Positions 19,862 through 29,694 of a stretch of 64,000 nt of DNA are shown here, piece after piece. Source of the DNA: a virus. Taxonomy: Duplodnaviria > Caudoviricetes. The notes beneath the pieces were generated by a model that ran no database searches, was not told the origin of the DNA, and saw only the letters and a program-made list of their open reading frames with translations. Both the position numbers and the translations under genes were made by a program. The stretch's first letter is position 1, and each line of letters begins with the position of its first letter. The stretch spans positions 224,001-288,000 of IMG/VR virus record IMGVR_UViG_3300046779_001841. One strand, written 5' to 3'.

Positions 19862-20083
19862 ATGAAAACTTTTACTCACAATGAAATTTTAGCAATGATA
19901 CAGGAAGCATTTCTTAAACCAATGTCTGAGATACTTGAAACAATCACAAAACTTGAAGCAAATGAAGTAAGAGATGAAGTAAGAATTGCTTATCTTTATA
20001 AAGAATACCATTCTAAAAACTCTGAAAGAGAAAAAGCAGTAAAAGCTATGGAAGACTACTATTTTAGAGAAGGAAAAAAATAA
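19862..20083 (+). CDS. Hypothetical protein
   Basis: RBS; directly after the promoter element. Confidence 0.7.
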   Translation: MKTFTHNEILAMIQEAFLKPMSEILETITKLEANEVRDEVRIAYLYKEYHSKNSEREKAVKAMEDYYFREGKK

Positions 20084-20367
20084 TGACTATCATCTATGAA
20101 ACTACCAATCCAATGTTTGAAACTATCTGTTCAAATATTGAACATTCTCATTCAATAGCTATAGTAACATATATTCAGAATATTGATGGTGGTGTTATTG
20201 TAAAACTTGATGATGTAGAAAGTATCTATGATAAGATAACTATCTTAGAAAAAGATGACAAGTATGATGTTTGTTTTGAATATCATGGTTCAAAGCCACA
20301 TACTGAAATCATAGAAAAAGAAAACTTAGGAATGTATTTAAGAAAAAAGACCACCATGTTTGTTTAG
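20083..20367 (+). CDS. Hypothetical protein
   Basis: Translationally coupled ORF. Confidence 0.65.
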   Translation: MTIIYETTNPMFETICSNIEHSHSIAIVTYIQNIDGGVIVKLDDVESIYDKITILEKDDKYDVCFEYHGSKPHTEIIEKENLGMYLRKKTTMFV

Positions 20368-20870
20368 CAAGGTGTCACTTTTAAAGGATATTTGAAAGTA
20401 TAATAAGTTGCCATGCAACCATGAATAGTTTTATGAACATATTCATGATCGTCTGGATTATCACTTTCAAAATAAAAGCGAACATAATCATAAGTTGTAC
20501 GATAGACACATAGAAAAAGAATTACATCTTCTCTCTTTCTATATTTAGAAAGCAATTCTTCATATATAGAAAAAGCACAATCATATTCCGATCTACCGAA
20601 AAGAACAGATTCGTATTTAGTATCATCATCAAAACGAAAAGGTGTGATCTGATTTTTTTTACAGAATGGGTAAAAAAACTTATTTCTTTCTTTAGCATTT
20701 AAATCTTTCACATCAAATCGGTATTCATCACCATATTTTTTTATGAGATTTTTATCAGTGCTATTTGCCAGTGCATCTAGCAGTATGTCTTTATCTTTAA
20801 AATAGAGATACATTTTTAATAATCCTTTTATATGTTGATAAATATATTGAAAGAATACAAAGGACTTCAA
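20364..20870 (-). CDS. Hypothetical protein (start probably internal, MYLYF)
   Basis: ORF with internal AAGGA RBS. Confidence 0.6.
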   Translation of the reverse strand: MKSFVFFQYIYQHIKGLLKMYLYFKDKDILLDALANSTDKNLIKKYGDEYRFDVKDLNAKERNKFFYPFCKKNQITPFRFDDDTKYESVLFGRSEYDCAFSIYEELLSKYRKREDVILFLCVYRTTYDYVRFYFESDNPDDHEYVHKTIHGCMATYYTFKYPLKVTPC

Positions 20871-20872
20871 TT

Positions 20873-21121
20873 ATGTTTAAACGATTCGCTAGAAATCTTA
20901 AAATAGAAAATGCTATTCATAATATAGATGATATGCTTGATGATATTATGGAAATAAAAGTATCTTTTCAAGATACCGAATCAATAGCATATACTGAAAT
21001 TCAAAATAGTAATCTCTTTCAACAAAACATTGGTGGTGTAATGCCAGCACTTAAAGCGATTTCCGAAGCAGAAAAACAACTTAATATTGCTAAAAACCTA
21101 TTGTTAAGACAAGGTAGATGA
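20873..21121 (+). CDS. Hypothetical protein
   Basis: 82-aa ORF with AAGGA RBS. Confidence 0.6.
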   Translation: MFKRFARNLKIENAIHNIDDMLDDIMEIKVSFQDTESIAYTEIQNSNLFQQNIGGVMPALKAISEAEKQLNIAKNLLLRQGR

Positions 21122-21122
21122 A

Positions 21123-21722
21123 ATGAGAAAATTAAGAATTTTAAGAGCAAAACTCGAATTTGTTAAAAACAAATTTATGGATCTTGATAATGCAACATTG
21201 CAAAATCACCCAGAAGATCAAGAAGAAATTTGGAATATGTATGAACAATCATACAAGAATATTGGTATGCACTTAAACAAGACTAAATTATTGACTAAGT
21301 ATGATGATTGGGCTTTAGAAGATGTGGATGAAGATCCATATGCAGACATTTTCATTACATTTACAGATACACCACATGGTAAAAAATTAGGTGTTGCTGG
21401 TAATGATGGTGGTTCTGAAGCTAAAACTGCTATTAAAAATGCTATTGGAAAATATCTTACAAAGCCAGGATATTATGCAGAACTTTCTTTAACTTTAGAA
21501 TACATTGCACAAAAACGCGGAGTGCCTTTCATTGATAATGAAGAAATTGTTACCGAAGTTTTAGGTGGCAAAGCGATTGAATGGGAAGGTGATGGTTATT
21601 ATTCAAGACAATTAGGTGAAATGGGTCGTGTTTCTAAAAGACTTTATGGTTATCCAAAAGGTGTAGATCAAGCATTATTACAAGATAGTCTTAGATTTAA
21701 AGGTGAAGTTAGAAATCATTAA
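21123..21722 (+). CDS. Hypothetical protein
   Basis: 199-aa ORF. Confidence 0.7.
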   Translation: MRKLRILRAKLEFVKNKFMDLDNATLQNHPEDQEEIWNMYEQSYKNIGMHLNKTKLLTKYDDWALEDVDEDPYADIFITFTDTPHGKKLGVAGNDGGSEAKTAIKNAIGKYLTKPGYYAELSLTLEYIAQKRGVPFIDNEEIVTEVLGGKAIEWEGDGYYSRQLGEMGRVSKRLYGYPKGVDQALLQDSLRFKGEVRNH

Positions 21723-21738
21723 AATATTTTTCATTTCT

Positions 21739-21786
21739 GTTGCAAAGATAGCTTATCCAGAAGTGTTATATATATGTCAGTAATGA
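21739..21786 (+). promoter_or_regulatory. Conserved promoter-like element, copy 2
   Basis: Matches consensus. Confidence 0.8.
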
Positions 21787-21811
21787 ATAACAAAACACAA
21801 AGGAAAAAAAA

Positions 21812-22102
21812 ATGATTGCACAAGAAATCTTAAATCAATTAGGTGGTGGTAGAAAATTAAGTTTCATGATTGGTCTTAAAAATGCTATTGGTAAACCTAA
21901 TGGACTTGATCTCAAGTTTCCTAAATCACCAAAAAAAATAAACTATGTCAAGATCACTTTGAATGAAAAAGATTTATATGATCTTGAGTTTTGTACTTTA
22001 CATAATAGTGTTCTTAAAACTATCTCTGTTGAAAATGACATCTATGCAGAAGATTTGAAAAGATGTTTTGAAAGAAACACTGCATACTATTTAACTTTTT
22101 AA
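21812..22102 (+). CDS. Conserved-looking small phage protein
   Basis: ILNQLGG...KITLNEKDLYDLEF...DIYAEDL pattern reminiscent of a common phage hypothetical family. Confidence 0.65.
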   Translation: MIAQEILNQLGGGRKLSFMIGLKNAIGKPNGLDLKFPKSPKKINYVKITLNEKDLYDLEFCTLHNSVLKTISVENDIYAEDLKRCFERNTAYYLTF

Positions 22103-22152
22103 TTTATCAATTTTCTTATCCTATATATATAACATCTAAAAAAGGATAAGTC

Positions 22153-23148
22153 ATGTTTAAGCATATATCTAAAGAACGATCTGATGAAGAAAAAAAAGAA
22201 ATCTATGACAAATGGAAAAAACTTATTAATATGTCTGAGAAAGAACTTAAAGAATGGGGTGATAATCCAGATCATCTTGAAGCATCTTTAAATAGAGAAG
22301 AAGCTAAAGATAATGGCAAAATCCAATCAGGTTATGATTCTTTTCATCGTATCAAAAGAAGAAAAGACAAACCATTTGAAGAATGGACTGCACAAGATTT
22401 TGATAATGCAAGTCAAGAGAATGGTTTTAATGGTCGTATGCTTGGTGGTAATCCAGGTAAACCTGTAGGTTCAACAGGTAGAAGTAAATGGGAAATATCT
22501 TTAAGAAATTGGGGTCATGATCCAAGTAAAGCAAATAGTCCTGGTCATAGTAAATGGAAAAAATGGAAAAAAGATAATGAAGAAGAAATTAAAAAATCTA
22601 AAGCTAAAAAAGAAGCATCTCTTGTTATGCGTGCCTATGAATTAAGCTACCTTTTTGAGAATACTAATGATCTTAGAACTGCTTGTGTGAATTGCCTTTT
22701 ACAATCCAATCCACAAACAAAAAACGAATTTAAAAAAGAACTTTTAAGAGTAGCTAGTAGAAACCATGTATTTAATGAAAGCATAGTTTCTAATACTTTT
22801 GCCATGCGAAAAGCAACAACAATCAATCAAATCAAATCTGCATTAAATCCATCTATTGTACCTAGCACAAAACAAATCATTGGTGAATACACTGGCAAGA
22901 ATAAAGTAAACACTTTTCAAGTCGGTGAATATCAAGTAAATGTTTTACTTGATGCAAATGATAATGTGTTTGTAAATTGTGATTGTGGTTTCTGGAAATA
23001 TCAAGGTGCAGAATATCATGCGAAACAAGATGGTTATTTACTTGGTAATCCAAAAGGCACTGCAGAAAAGCCACAAGTAAAAGATCCAAATGGAAATAAT
23101 AAAGTTTGCAAACATATCTTAGCAGTCTTAGAGAAAATAAAAAGTTAA
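22153..23148 (+). CDS. DUF3140-like plus SWIM zinc-finger fusion protein
   Basis: WKKLINMSEKELKEW N-terminus; C-terminal CDC...CKH. Confidence 0.6.
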   Translation: MFKHISKERSDEEKKEIYDKWKKLINMSEKELKEWGDNPDHLEASLNREEAKDNGKIQSGYDSFHRIKRRKDKPFEEWTAQDFDNASQENGFNGRMLGGNPGKPVGSTGRSKWEISLRNWGHDPSKANSPGHSKWKKWKKDNEEEIKKSKAKKEASLVMRAYELSYLFENTNDLRTACVNCLLQSNPQTKNEFKKELLRVASRNHVFNESIVSNTFAMRKATTINQIKSALNPSIVPSTKQIIGEYTGKNKVNTFQVGEYQVNVLLDANDNVFVNCDCGFWKYQGAEYHAKQDGYLLGNPKGTAEKPQVKDPNGNNKVCKHILAVLEKIKS

Positions 23149-23183
23149 GATCTCTTGTATAATAAATAAAAACAGGAGTTATT

Positions 23184-23576
23184 ATGCCTACATATACATA
23201 TCAATGTAAAGAATGTGAATTAGAATTTAATGTCACAAAAAAGATGTCTGAATCTTCAACACCAGAAAATTGTCCAGATTGTTCTGCGAGTGATTGTGTT
23301 AAAATACCATCTATGCCACAAGTCATGTTTAAAGGTGATGGTTGGATTGATAAAAACAATCGTATAAGTAAACAAATGGAAAGTAAAAATAAGAAACTCG
23401 AAGTAAGAGAAAATGAAATGAAAAGAGATGCACCTAGTGTTAAACTTGTACCTAATGTAGATGGTGAAAGAGTAGATTCATGGTCTGATGCTCAAAAGTT
23501 GGCAAAAGACAAAGGCAAGAATACAGAAAGCTATAATGATCTTGTTAAGAAAGAAGATACTTTAAAGAAAAATTAA
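23184..23576 (+). CDS. FmdB-family zinc-ribbon protein
   Basis: MPTYTYQCKEC...CPDC...FKGDGW. Confidence 0.8.
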   Translation: MPTYTYQCKECELEFNVTKKMSESSTPENCPDCSASDCVKIPSMPQVMFKGDGWIDKNNRISKQMESKNKKLEVRENEMKRDAPSVKLVPNVDGERVDSWSDAQKLAKDKGKNTESYNDLVKKEDTLKKN

Positions 23577-23601
23577 TACATATTCTATAAGTATTTCATA
23601 T

Positions 23602-23937
23602 ATGAACATAAACACAAAAGGATTAAAAATGAAAAAGCTATCATCTCTTAAAAGAAGATTAAAGAAAGCCAGTGAAATGCTTTCACACACCATGTTTGAA
23701 GAATATGATTTTAATGAAGATCAAATGATTGGTCGTGATGAATGGGAAGGTGAAGATGAAGTATTTTCTTTATTAGATACTAATAAAGATGAATATCTGG
23801 ACAATGATGAAATAGGATATGGTGTTGGTCAATCCTTTGCAAGACAAGCGAGTGATGAAGAATATTTAACACCACAAGAAATTGCAGATATTTTAGGTGG
23901 AACATTAATGTCTGTTAGAAGAAATGAAAGACCTTAA
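23602..23937 (+). CDS. Small EF-hand protein
   Basis: Two 12-residue loops DFNEDQMIGRDE and DTNKDEYLDNDE; start probably MKKLSS. Confidence 0.65.
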   Translation: MNINTKGLKMKKLSSLKRRLKKASEMLSHTMFEEYDFNEDQMIGRDEWEGEDEVFSLLDTNKDEYLDNDEIGYGVGQSFARQASDEEYLTPQEIADILGGTLMSVRRNERP

Positions 23938-23997
23938 ATATCAATAATCTTTTTATTTTCTATCTTTGTTTGTTAATAAAAACCACAAGGATTAAAA

Positions 23998-24984
23998 ATG
24001 AATAGATCACAAACTATCGCTACATTATATAAATTATCTTTCCAATCACCACAAGGTCATAATTTAAGACAGGCTTGTCTTATGGCAATGGGTAAAATTC
24101 GTCTTGCAAATGAACAAGACAAAGTAGAAACTATTGTTGAAGATTTGGAAAATGCACCTAAAAATGTTCAAGATGAAACTAAGCTAAATATAGTTAGTGA
24201 ATTGGCAATCAAAACTATTGAAGAAGAAACCAAAAGACTTGCACCTAAAGGTTTGAACTTAATTAAAGCATGGATTAAGAAACATAGTGTTCAAATAAAA
24301 GATATTCAAAACAAAGCATTTGCAATAGCGACTTCTCCTATTGATGCAGTTTCCATCGCTTTTGATGTTATACAATTTAATCTAAACAAAAAGAAAGATG
24401 GTGGTGATCTTGTAGGCACTATTGGTTTTATTGCATCTGTTCTTTCTGCTGATTCTCCAGAAGATCTTGTTGAATCAGAAAGTAAAGAATGGGAAAAATT
24501 TAAACCTTATTTACCAGCATTTTTAGGTTTGGGTGCGGCCGCTGTTGATGAACATTGGATTCATATTCAAAAATATGTTTTGAAATATGGATATGAAACA
24601 ATGACTGCAGTTAAGATGTGGATAAAAGGTGCATCTTGGTTAAAAATTGTAGGTACTGTAGCAGGTTCTTTTACAATCATTTTAGCACTATGTGTTCTTT
24701 TTGGCACACATAACATTTATATGTTACTTAAAAAAATCGCAACACTTGTCTTTGGTTTACCTTTAGCTATTCTTAATGATGCTATTTCTGTTTTGAGATG
24801 GGGATTTAGCGAAATTAAATCTTTCTTTAATAATGCTGGTAAAAAAGTTCAAGACTGGTGGGATGAAGAAGAAGGTGAGATTGTTAAAAAAACTGCCAAT
24901 CGTATTGTCCTTCGTGAATTTAAAAAACTTGCTTTACATGATGAAAGATTTTATCGTCTTGCAAATAAATCCTTTGGTCTTTAA
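23998..24984 (+). CDS. Hypothetical membrane-segment protein, paralog of 4586..5617
   Basis: N-terminal TIATLYKL...NLRQAC, hydrophobic centre, C-terminal KTAN...EFKKLA. Confidence 0.6.
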   Translation: MNRSQTIATLYKLSFQSPQGHNLRQACLMAMGKIRLANEQDKVETIVEDLENAPKNVQDETKLNIVSELAIKTIEEETKRLAPKGLNLIKAWIKKHSVQIKDIQNKAFAIATSPIDAVSIAFDVIQFNLNKKKDGGDLVGTIGFIASVLSADSPEDLVESESKEWEKFKPYLPAFLGLGAAAVDEHWIHIQKYVLKYGYETMTAVKMWIKGASWLKIVGTVAGSFTIILALCVLFGTHNIYMLLKKIATLVFGLPLAILNDAISVLRWGFSEIKSFFNNAGKKVQDWWDEEEGEIVKKTANRIVLREFKKLALHDERFYRLANKSFGL

Positions 24985-25041
24985 TATTTTTTTAATTAAA
25001 TCCTTTCTTGTATATGATACTCATTTTTAAGGATTTATTTT

Positions 25042-25758
25042 ATGTCAAGAGGTAGATTAGCACCAAGTCTTAACACTAGATCTAAAGGTCTAGTCGATAT
25101 GTCATTGCGAAATGATTTATTACGAGGTATGGATCAAATTGAAATTGCTGGTGCGAGTAATATCACTACTGCATATAATGCACCTAAATCCATGTTCACT
25201 GTTAAAGTAGGTTCTTCTTTTAGATCTGTTACTATTAAAACTACTAAAAGTTTAGCTGATGAAAATAATAGAGATTTAACACGATGGATTTTTGATCCTA
25301 ATGATTATGCAGATACTATTCCTGTTGATCCTGCTGATACTAAATTACCACCAGATACTGATGTTCTTTATATTCGTGTTCGTGGTAAATATAGACATAA
25401 TCAACAATGGTCGGATTACGGACCCATTATTTGTATTCCACCTTTTGATTTCTTTACTACTGCACATCCTGTTTTTACTTTCACTGGTACTGCACCTGCT
25501 TTAGCAACTGAACCTGATGTTATGGATTTTGGTTCTATGAATATTCATTTACCTTATTTCTCTCATACAATTAGTGTTGCCAATTTAGATGATACCGATT
25601 CAGGTTATGTTGCTTTTCATCCTGGTATGAATCCTACGATAATAAGACCTTATGGTGAAATTGGTTTAACTGGTGGTGGTGCGCCTGAATTGTTTATTGC
25701 AGGTGCTGGTGCTGAAATTCGTTTCACTGTTAGAATGGTTTTAGTAAATCATTCTTAA
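25042..25758 (+). CDS. Putative virion structural protein
   Basis: Beta-rich composition; lies in the structural cluster. Confidence 0.5.
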   Translation: MSRGRLAPSLNTRSKGLVDMSLRNDLLRGMDQIEIAGASNITTAYNAPKSMFTVKVGSSFRSVTIKTTKSLADENNRDLTRWIFDPNDYADTIPVDPADTKLPPDTDVLYIRVRGKYRHNQQWSDYGPIICIPPFDFFTTAHPVFTFTGTAPALATEPDVMDFGSMNIHLPYFSHTISVANLDDTDSGYVAFHPGMNPTIIRPYGEIGLTGGGAPELFIAGAGAEIRFTVRMVLVNHS

Positions 25759-25814
25759 TAAACATTTAATAATTATTCTTTAATAAGAAAGATTATACAA
25801 AAGGAGATACCGAA

Positions 25815-26495
25815 ATGCCTTATGTGCTACCAAGAAGAACTGACTTGCAAGATGGTGCAATTCAAATCAAAGATTTATTTTTCAATAAATCTCAATACAA
25901 AGCAACTACCGAACCTTATGCACAGGGTCCCTTATATGTGAGAGCATCCGATTTGAACAAATCAGGTCATACTGCACCTATGATTGTTTCAAATGGTGAT
26001 GAAAGATCATTTTTAAGAGCAACACATGGTCTATTAGCTTATGTTTTAGTTTATGTCGATAATAATGGTGTTGCATTAACAAAAGCACAAGCTATTGAAG
26101 TTGTAGATGCTATTCAACAAGAACTTGTTGATGGTAATGTTTTAAATAATTTACAAGCAGTTGTAACAGCGATTGATGCAGATTATGATTTCAATGGTGA
26201 AGTAGAAGATGTTCTTCGTATTTTATCAGGCGATAAGTTTGAATTTAATGCTGGTGTTACATTCCAAGATGATGCAGGTGCTTATGTAGTTCCTGTAGGT
26301 GTTGGTAGTTTCTCAACACCTAATGATAGAAGATTGATCACTGGTGATACTACTTGGGAAACTTCTCTTGCAAGTGGTGAATTGTATCAATATTCAACAA
26401 ATGTTACTACTTATGCTGGATCTAAACAAAAAGATTCAGCTAATAACGATATTCCTTTAATCATTGTTTATAAAAACGATGGCACTTTAGCTTAA
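25815..26495 (+). CDS. Putative virion structural protein, paralog of 26508
   Basis: RRTDLQDGAIQIKDLF.NKSQY...QGPLY...IIVYKNDGTL. Confidence 0.6.
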   Translation: MPYVLPRRTDLQDGAIQIKDLFFNKSQYKATTEPYAQGPLYVRASDLNKSGHTAPMIVSNGDERSFLRATHGLLAYVLVYVDNNGVALTKAQAIEVVDAIQQELVDGNVLNNLQAVVTAIDADYDFNGEVEDVLRILSGDKFEFNAGVTFQDDAGAYVVPVGVGSFSTPNDRRLITGDTTWETSLASGELYQYSTNVTTYAGSKQKDSANNDIPLIIVYKNDGTLA

Positions 26496-26507
26496 TAGGA
26501 GATTCAA

Positions 26508-27212
26508 ATGGCTAATGTATTTATTACTCTTAAAAGAACAGATATTCCAAATGGTACTATGATCATTCGTGATCTATGGCCTAATCCTTCTCAATACAAT
26601 CCTGTTATTGATCCACTACCACAAGGACCCTTTTATCTTAGCAATGTATCTAATGGTTCTGTTACTGTTGTTGTTAATGGTGAAGTTCGTACTTTGAAGA
26701 AAGCATCAACAGGTTTAACAGCTTATTTACTAGCTACCATGAATGGTGTATCTAATGGTGTTGCAGATTTTAATTCTTTGACACAAGCAGAAGCTACATC
26801 GATTGCAACAGCTATTATCACTCGTATGCAAAATGGTTTGAAATTAGAAGATACTGATATTGAAACTTTGGCACAAGCAGTTCAAGCTGATGTTGATCTA
26901 GCTGAAAGTACAATTAGTGTTGCTAATATTCTTGCTATTCTTTCAGGTGCAGTCTTTACTTTACCTGCAGGTCATCAAATTCAACAAGCAGGTGCTGGTA
27001 CTGGTATTTTCACATCACTATCAGTAAATAATCAAGCACAATATTTTGTAGGCGATACACATCAACGATTAGTAACTAGCGATTTGGCAGTATCAAGTGC
27101 AGAAGGTGCTTTATCTGTTATGCTTACAGATGCCTTTACTTATAAAGGTATTGAAGCACAAGCAGTTGTCATTTATAATGATGATGGTACATTGTACGAT
27201 CCTAATGCTTAA
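26508..27212 (+). CDS. Putative virion structural protein, paralog of 25815
   Basis: KRTDIPNGTMIIRDLWPNPSQY...QGPFY...VVIYNDDGTL. Confidence 0.6.
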   Translation: MANVFITLKRTDIPNGTMIIRDLWPNPSQYNPVIDPLPQGPFYLSNVSNGSVTVVVNGEVRTLKKASTGLTAYLLATMNGVSNGVADFNSLTQAEATSIATAIITRMQNGLKLEDTDIETLAQAVQADVDLAESTISVANILAILSGAVFTLPAGHQIQQAGAGTGIFTSLSVNNQAQYFVGDTHQRLVTSDLAVSSAEGALSVMLTDAFTYKGIEAQAVVIYNDDGTLYDPNA

Positions 27213-27244
27213 TTGAGATTTTAAAGTTATAAAGGAAATAACTG

Positions 27245-27454
27245 ATGAAATTAAATTTAGAAGATAAGAAAGTGATACAGGCTTTCTTCAATAAAAAGAA
27301 ATTTGAATCAAGATGTTTTACATCTGATGGTTTCAAATTAAATGCCACTTGGGGCGAACAAGTTGCTGAATGGAAAGATAATAATATTGTCTATAATACA
27401 GAAAGCAAGAAAACTAAACAAATCCTTGATCAAGTAAAAAGTCTTTTAAAATGA
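27245..27454 (+). CDS. Hypothetical protein
   Basis: RBS AAGGA. Confidence 0.6.
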   Translation: MKLNLEDKKVIQAFFNKKKFESRCFTSDGFKLNATWGEQVAEWKDNNIVYNTESKKTKQILDQVKSLLK

Positions 27455-27687
27455 TTTATAAAACATCAGATCTGTACTTTGCATCTTTTCTTAAAGCCAA
27501 AGGTATTATCCTTCAAGCTACCGAAAAAAATGACTACAAAGTTACTTTTCTTTTCCAAGATGATGGTTCAATTAAAGATTTGAAAAAAGAATATTTTAAC
27601 AGACAAGCTACTATCACTGCTCTTGATCTTGTAGATGAAATTCGTTCTATGAAATCTTTAACATATATGTCTAAAAAGGAATCTTAA
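27451..27687 (+). CDS. DUF5659-like small protein
   Basis: YKTSDLYFASFLKAKG...KVTFLF pattern. Confidence 0.5.
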   Translation: MIYKTSDLYFASFLKAKGIILQATEKNDYKVTFLFQDDGSIKDLKKEYFNRQATITALDLVDEIRSMKSLTYMSKKES

Positions 27688-27688
27688 C

Positions 27689-28018
27689 ATGGCAATTTAT
27701 CCAAATGATGTATATGCACATAATGTCTTTTTTACTTCACCTGAAGGTATTCCTATTGTTGCCACTGATACTACATATACCTTATATAGATTTACTGATG
27801 AAAATGTCATTGAAAAGTTAATTGAGAATGAACCTATGGAATTGCTTGATGAAGATGAACCATCTAGCTGGACTGCTTTTATTACTATTCCTAGCGATAC
27901 TGCAGGTCAAACTCTATATATAAAAGTGAATGCTTTAAATCTGGATGAAGAAAGAATTGTAAGAGAATCTACAATCAATATAGATTCTGTTCGTGGTATG
28001 AAAATTAGTTTTGTATAG
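27689..28018 (+). CDS. Putative Ig-fold virion accessory protein
   Basis: Beta-rich 109-aa ORF. Confidence 0.45.
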   Translation: MAIYPNDVYAHNVFFTSPEGIPIVATDTTYTLYRFTDENVIEKLIENEPMELLDEDEPSSWTAFITIPSDTAGQTLYIKVNALNLDEERIVRESTINIDSVRGMKISFV

Positions 28019-28051
28019 TAGTTAAACTTTTTCCCAACAAAGGAATAAAAA

Positions 28052-28372
28052 ATGACTATTGATTTAAGCACTCAAATGAAACCTGTTTTTGAATGTCTAA
28101 AAGACAAACTATCTTTCACTGATGAAGATATTCAACATCTTAGAAATAATGGCAAGATCATTTTTAATGATTTAAAGATCAAATACTATTTCAATCATGC
28201 AGGTCAAACTCGATTTAAAGTTAAATCCAGTAAAACCAAAGATGGTATTACTTTCTCATGTGAAGAAATCTTTTTCAAACCAAGTATTGTTACAGATAAA
28301 GACATCAAGAAATTTGAAAAGAAGCTATCCAAATTTCTTGGAAATAAATATGAAAACCATATTGTAGATTAA
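28052..28372 (+). CDS. Hypothetical protein
   Basis: RBS AAGGA. Confidence 0.6.
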   Translation: MTIDLSTQMKPVFECLKDKLSFTDEDIQHLRNNGKIIFNDLKIKYYFNHAGQTRFKVKSSKTKDGITFSCEEIFFKPSIVTDKDIKKFEKKLSKFLGNKYENHIVD

Positions 28373-28373
28373 A

Positions 28374-28523
28374 ATGTTCGCACAAGCACTCAAAGATTTA
28401 CTAGAGAAAAAAATCATCGTTAAATATGATCTCACTAAAGATGAACTTTTACTTATCTGGGATATTGCTTTTGCTTTAGGTTACACTACAGAAACCAAAG
28501 AAGAATTTTTAAAGAATTTATAA
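28374..28523 (+). CDS. Small hypothetical protein (49 aa, not in ORF track)
   Basis: MFAQALKDLLEKKIIVKYDLTKDELLLIWDIAFALGYTTETKEEFLKNL; fills the gap exactly. Confidence 0.5.
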   Translation: MFAQALKDLLEKKIIVKYDLTKDELLLIWDIAFALGYTTETKEEFLKNL

Positions 28524-28561
28524 ACTGCACTTTGTTGATTATTTGAACAAGGATAAAGACA

Positions 28562-28867
28562 ATGGCAGTCATATTTAAACAAGGTGATACACCTACTAAA
28601 TGGGATTTAAGAATTTATATTCGTGATGACAAGAATAGATTTTTTGACCCTTATTCTATCACTTATGCTTTTTATTCAGTAGCTGGAAAAAATAGAATAG
28701 GTATGGCAGAAAGAACACCTATCAAGGAAAGCACTGGATATTACTTTGTAGGTGAGAAATTTAACACTGCATTTATAAAAGGCGATCATTATGTTGAATG
28801 GTCGATACAAAGAGATCCAACATCACCAATAGAAGTTGCAAGACAAGAATTTGCTATTGTTGGTTAA
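28562..28867 (+). CDS. Ig-like virion protein, paralog of the N-terminal domain of 36541..37431
   Basis: FKQGDT...DLRIY...SITYAFY...GYYFVG versus FKRGQT...DLDIF...SITYAIY...GEYYAS. Confidence 0.6.
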   Translation: MAVIFKQGDTPTKWDLRIYIRDDKNRFFDPYSITYAFYSVAGKNRIGMAERTPIKESTGYYFVGEKFNTAFIKGDHYVEWSIQRDPTSPIEVARQEFAIVG

Positions 28868-28870
28868 GAC

Positions 28871-29605
28871 TTAATATGGAGGATCAAAATCATCTTCTCT
28901 ATAACCAGATACATCATATAACACTTCAACATCAAAAAGAAAATTGAGTTTATTGCCACTCCAATCTACATCTTTAAAAGTAACAAAGGCTTCCGCCAAA
29001 TACTGTTCTCCTTTTTCTAAATTACGATTAAGAGATACATAATCTTTATCCAAATCATGATTCACTAAAAAATCTTCTATATCTTCACCTGTAAATTCAA
29101 CTTTTGATTTCTTAATTTCTTGCTTAATAAACATTGCGACTGCATTTAAATAAGAACCTTCTTTAAGACTTTTTAGAATACCAGCAGGCAAGATCTTACC
29201 ACTTAAGAATGATTTGGCTTTTTCATTTAAATCTTTAGATAATTCTTCTGCTACTTGTTGTAAGTCTACACCCACATTTAATGTTAAAAATTGACCCATC
29301 GGACCCCTTTGTGTGTCTTGTTCCCAACCTGTATCACGCCAATATTTACCTTCTCCTATAAGCACTACTTCATCTTCAATAATTTCTTGCTTTACAACTT
29401 TCAAATCATAATTATAATCTGAATAAAAATGCAGAATATTAGGATAAATGTTTGCAAGACTTTCAACAATCACATCAGATACATGATCTTTAGCTTGATT
29501 GGATAATTCTTTTAATGCGAACATTACACTGGGAAATGCAAGTAAAGAACCATTACCTGCTTGTTTTTGCATATATAACTTAGCAATCTTTTGATTTAAT
29601 CTCAT
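28871..29605 (-). CDS. Hypothetical protein, putative head-internal
   Basis: Starts MRLNQKIAKLYMQKQAG. Confidence 0.65.
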   Translation of the reverse strand: MRLNQKIAKLYMQKQAGNGSLLAFPSVMFALKELSNQAKDHVSDVIVESLANIYPNILHFYSDYNYDLKVVKQEIIEDEVVLIGEGKYWRDTGWEQDTQRGPMGQFLTLNVGVDLQQVAEELSKDLNEKAKSFLSGKILPAGILKSLKEGSYLNAVAMFIKQEIKKSKVEFTGEDIEDFLVNHDLDKDYVSLNRNLEKGEQYLAEAFVTFKDVDWSGNKLNFLFDVEVLYDVSGYREDDFDPPY

Positions 29606-29694
29606 TTTTAAAACCTTTCGTTTAGTTTCTTTAATAACAAATTTATAAATACTTTATTGCAGAGATTACTTTAATTTTTATAAAGGAATGAAAA

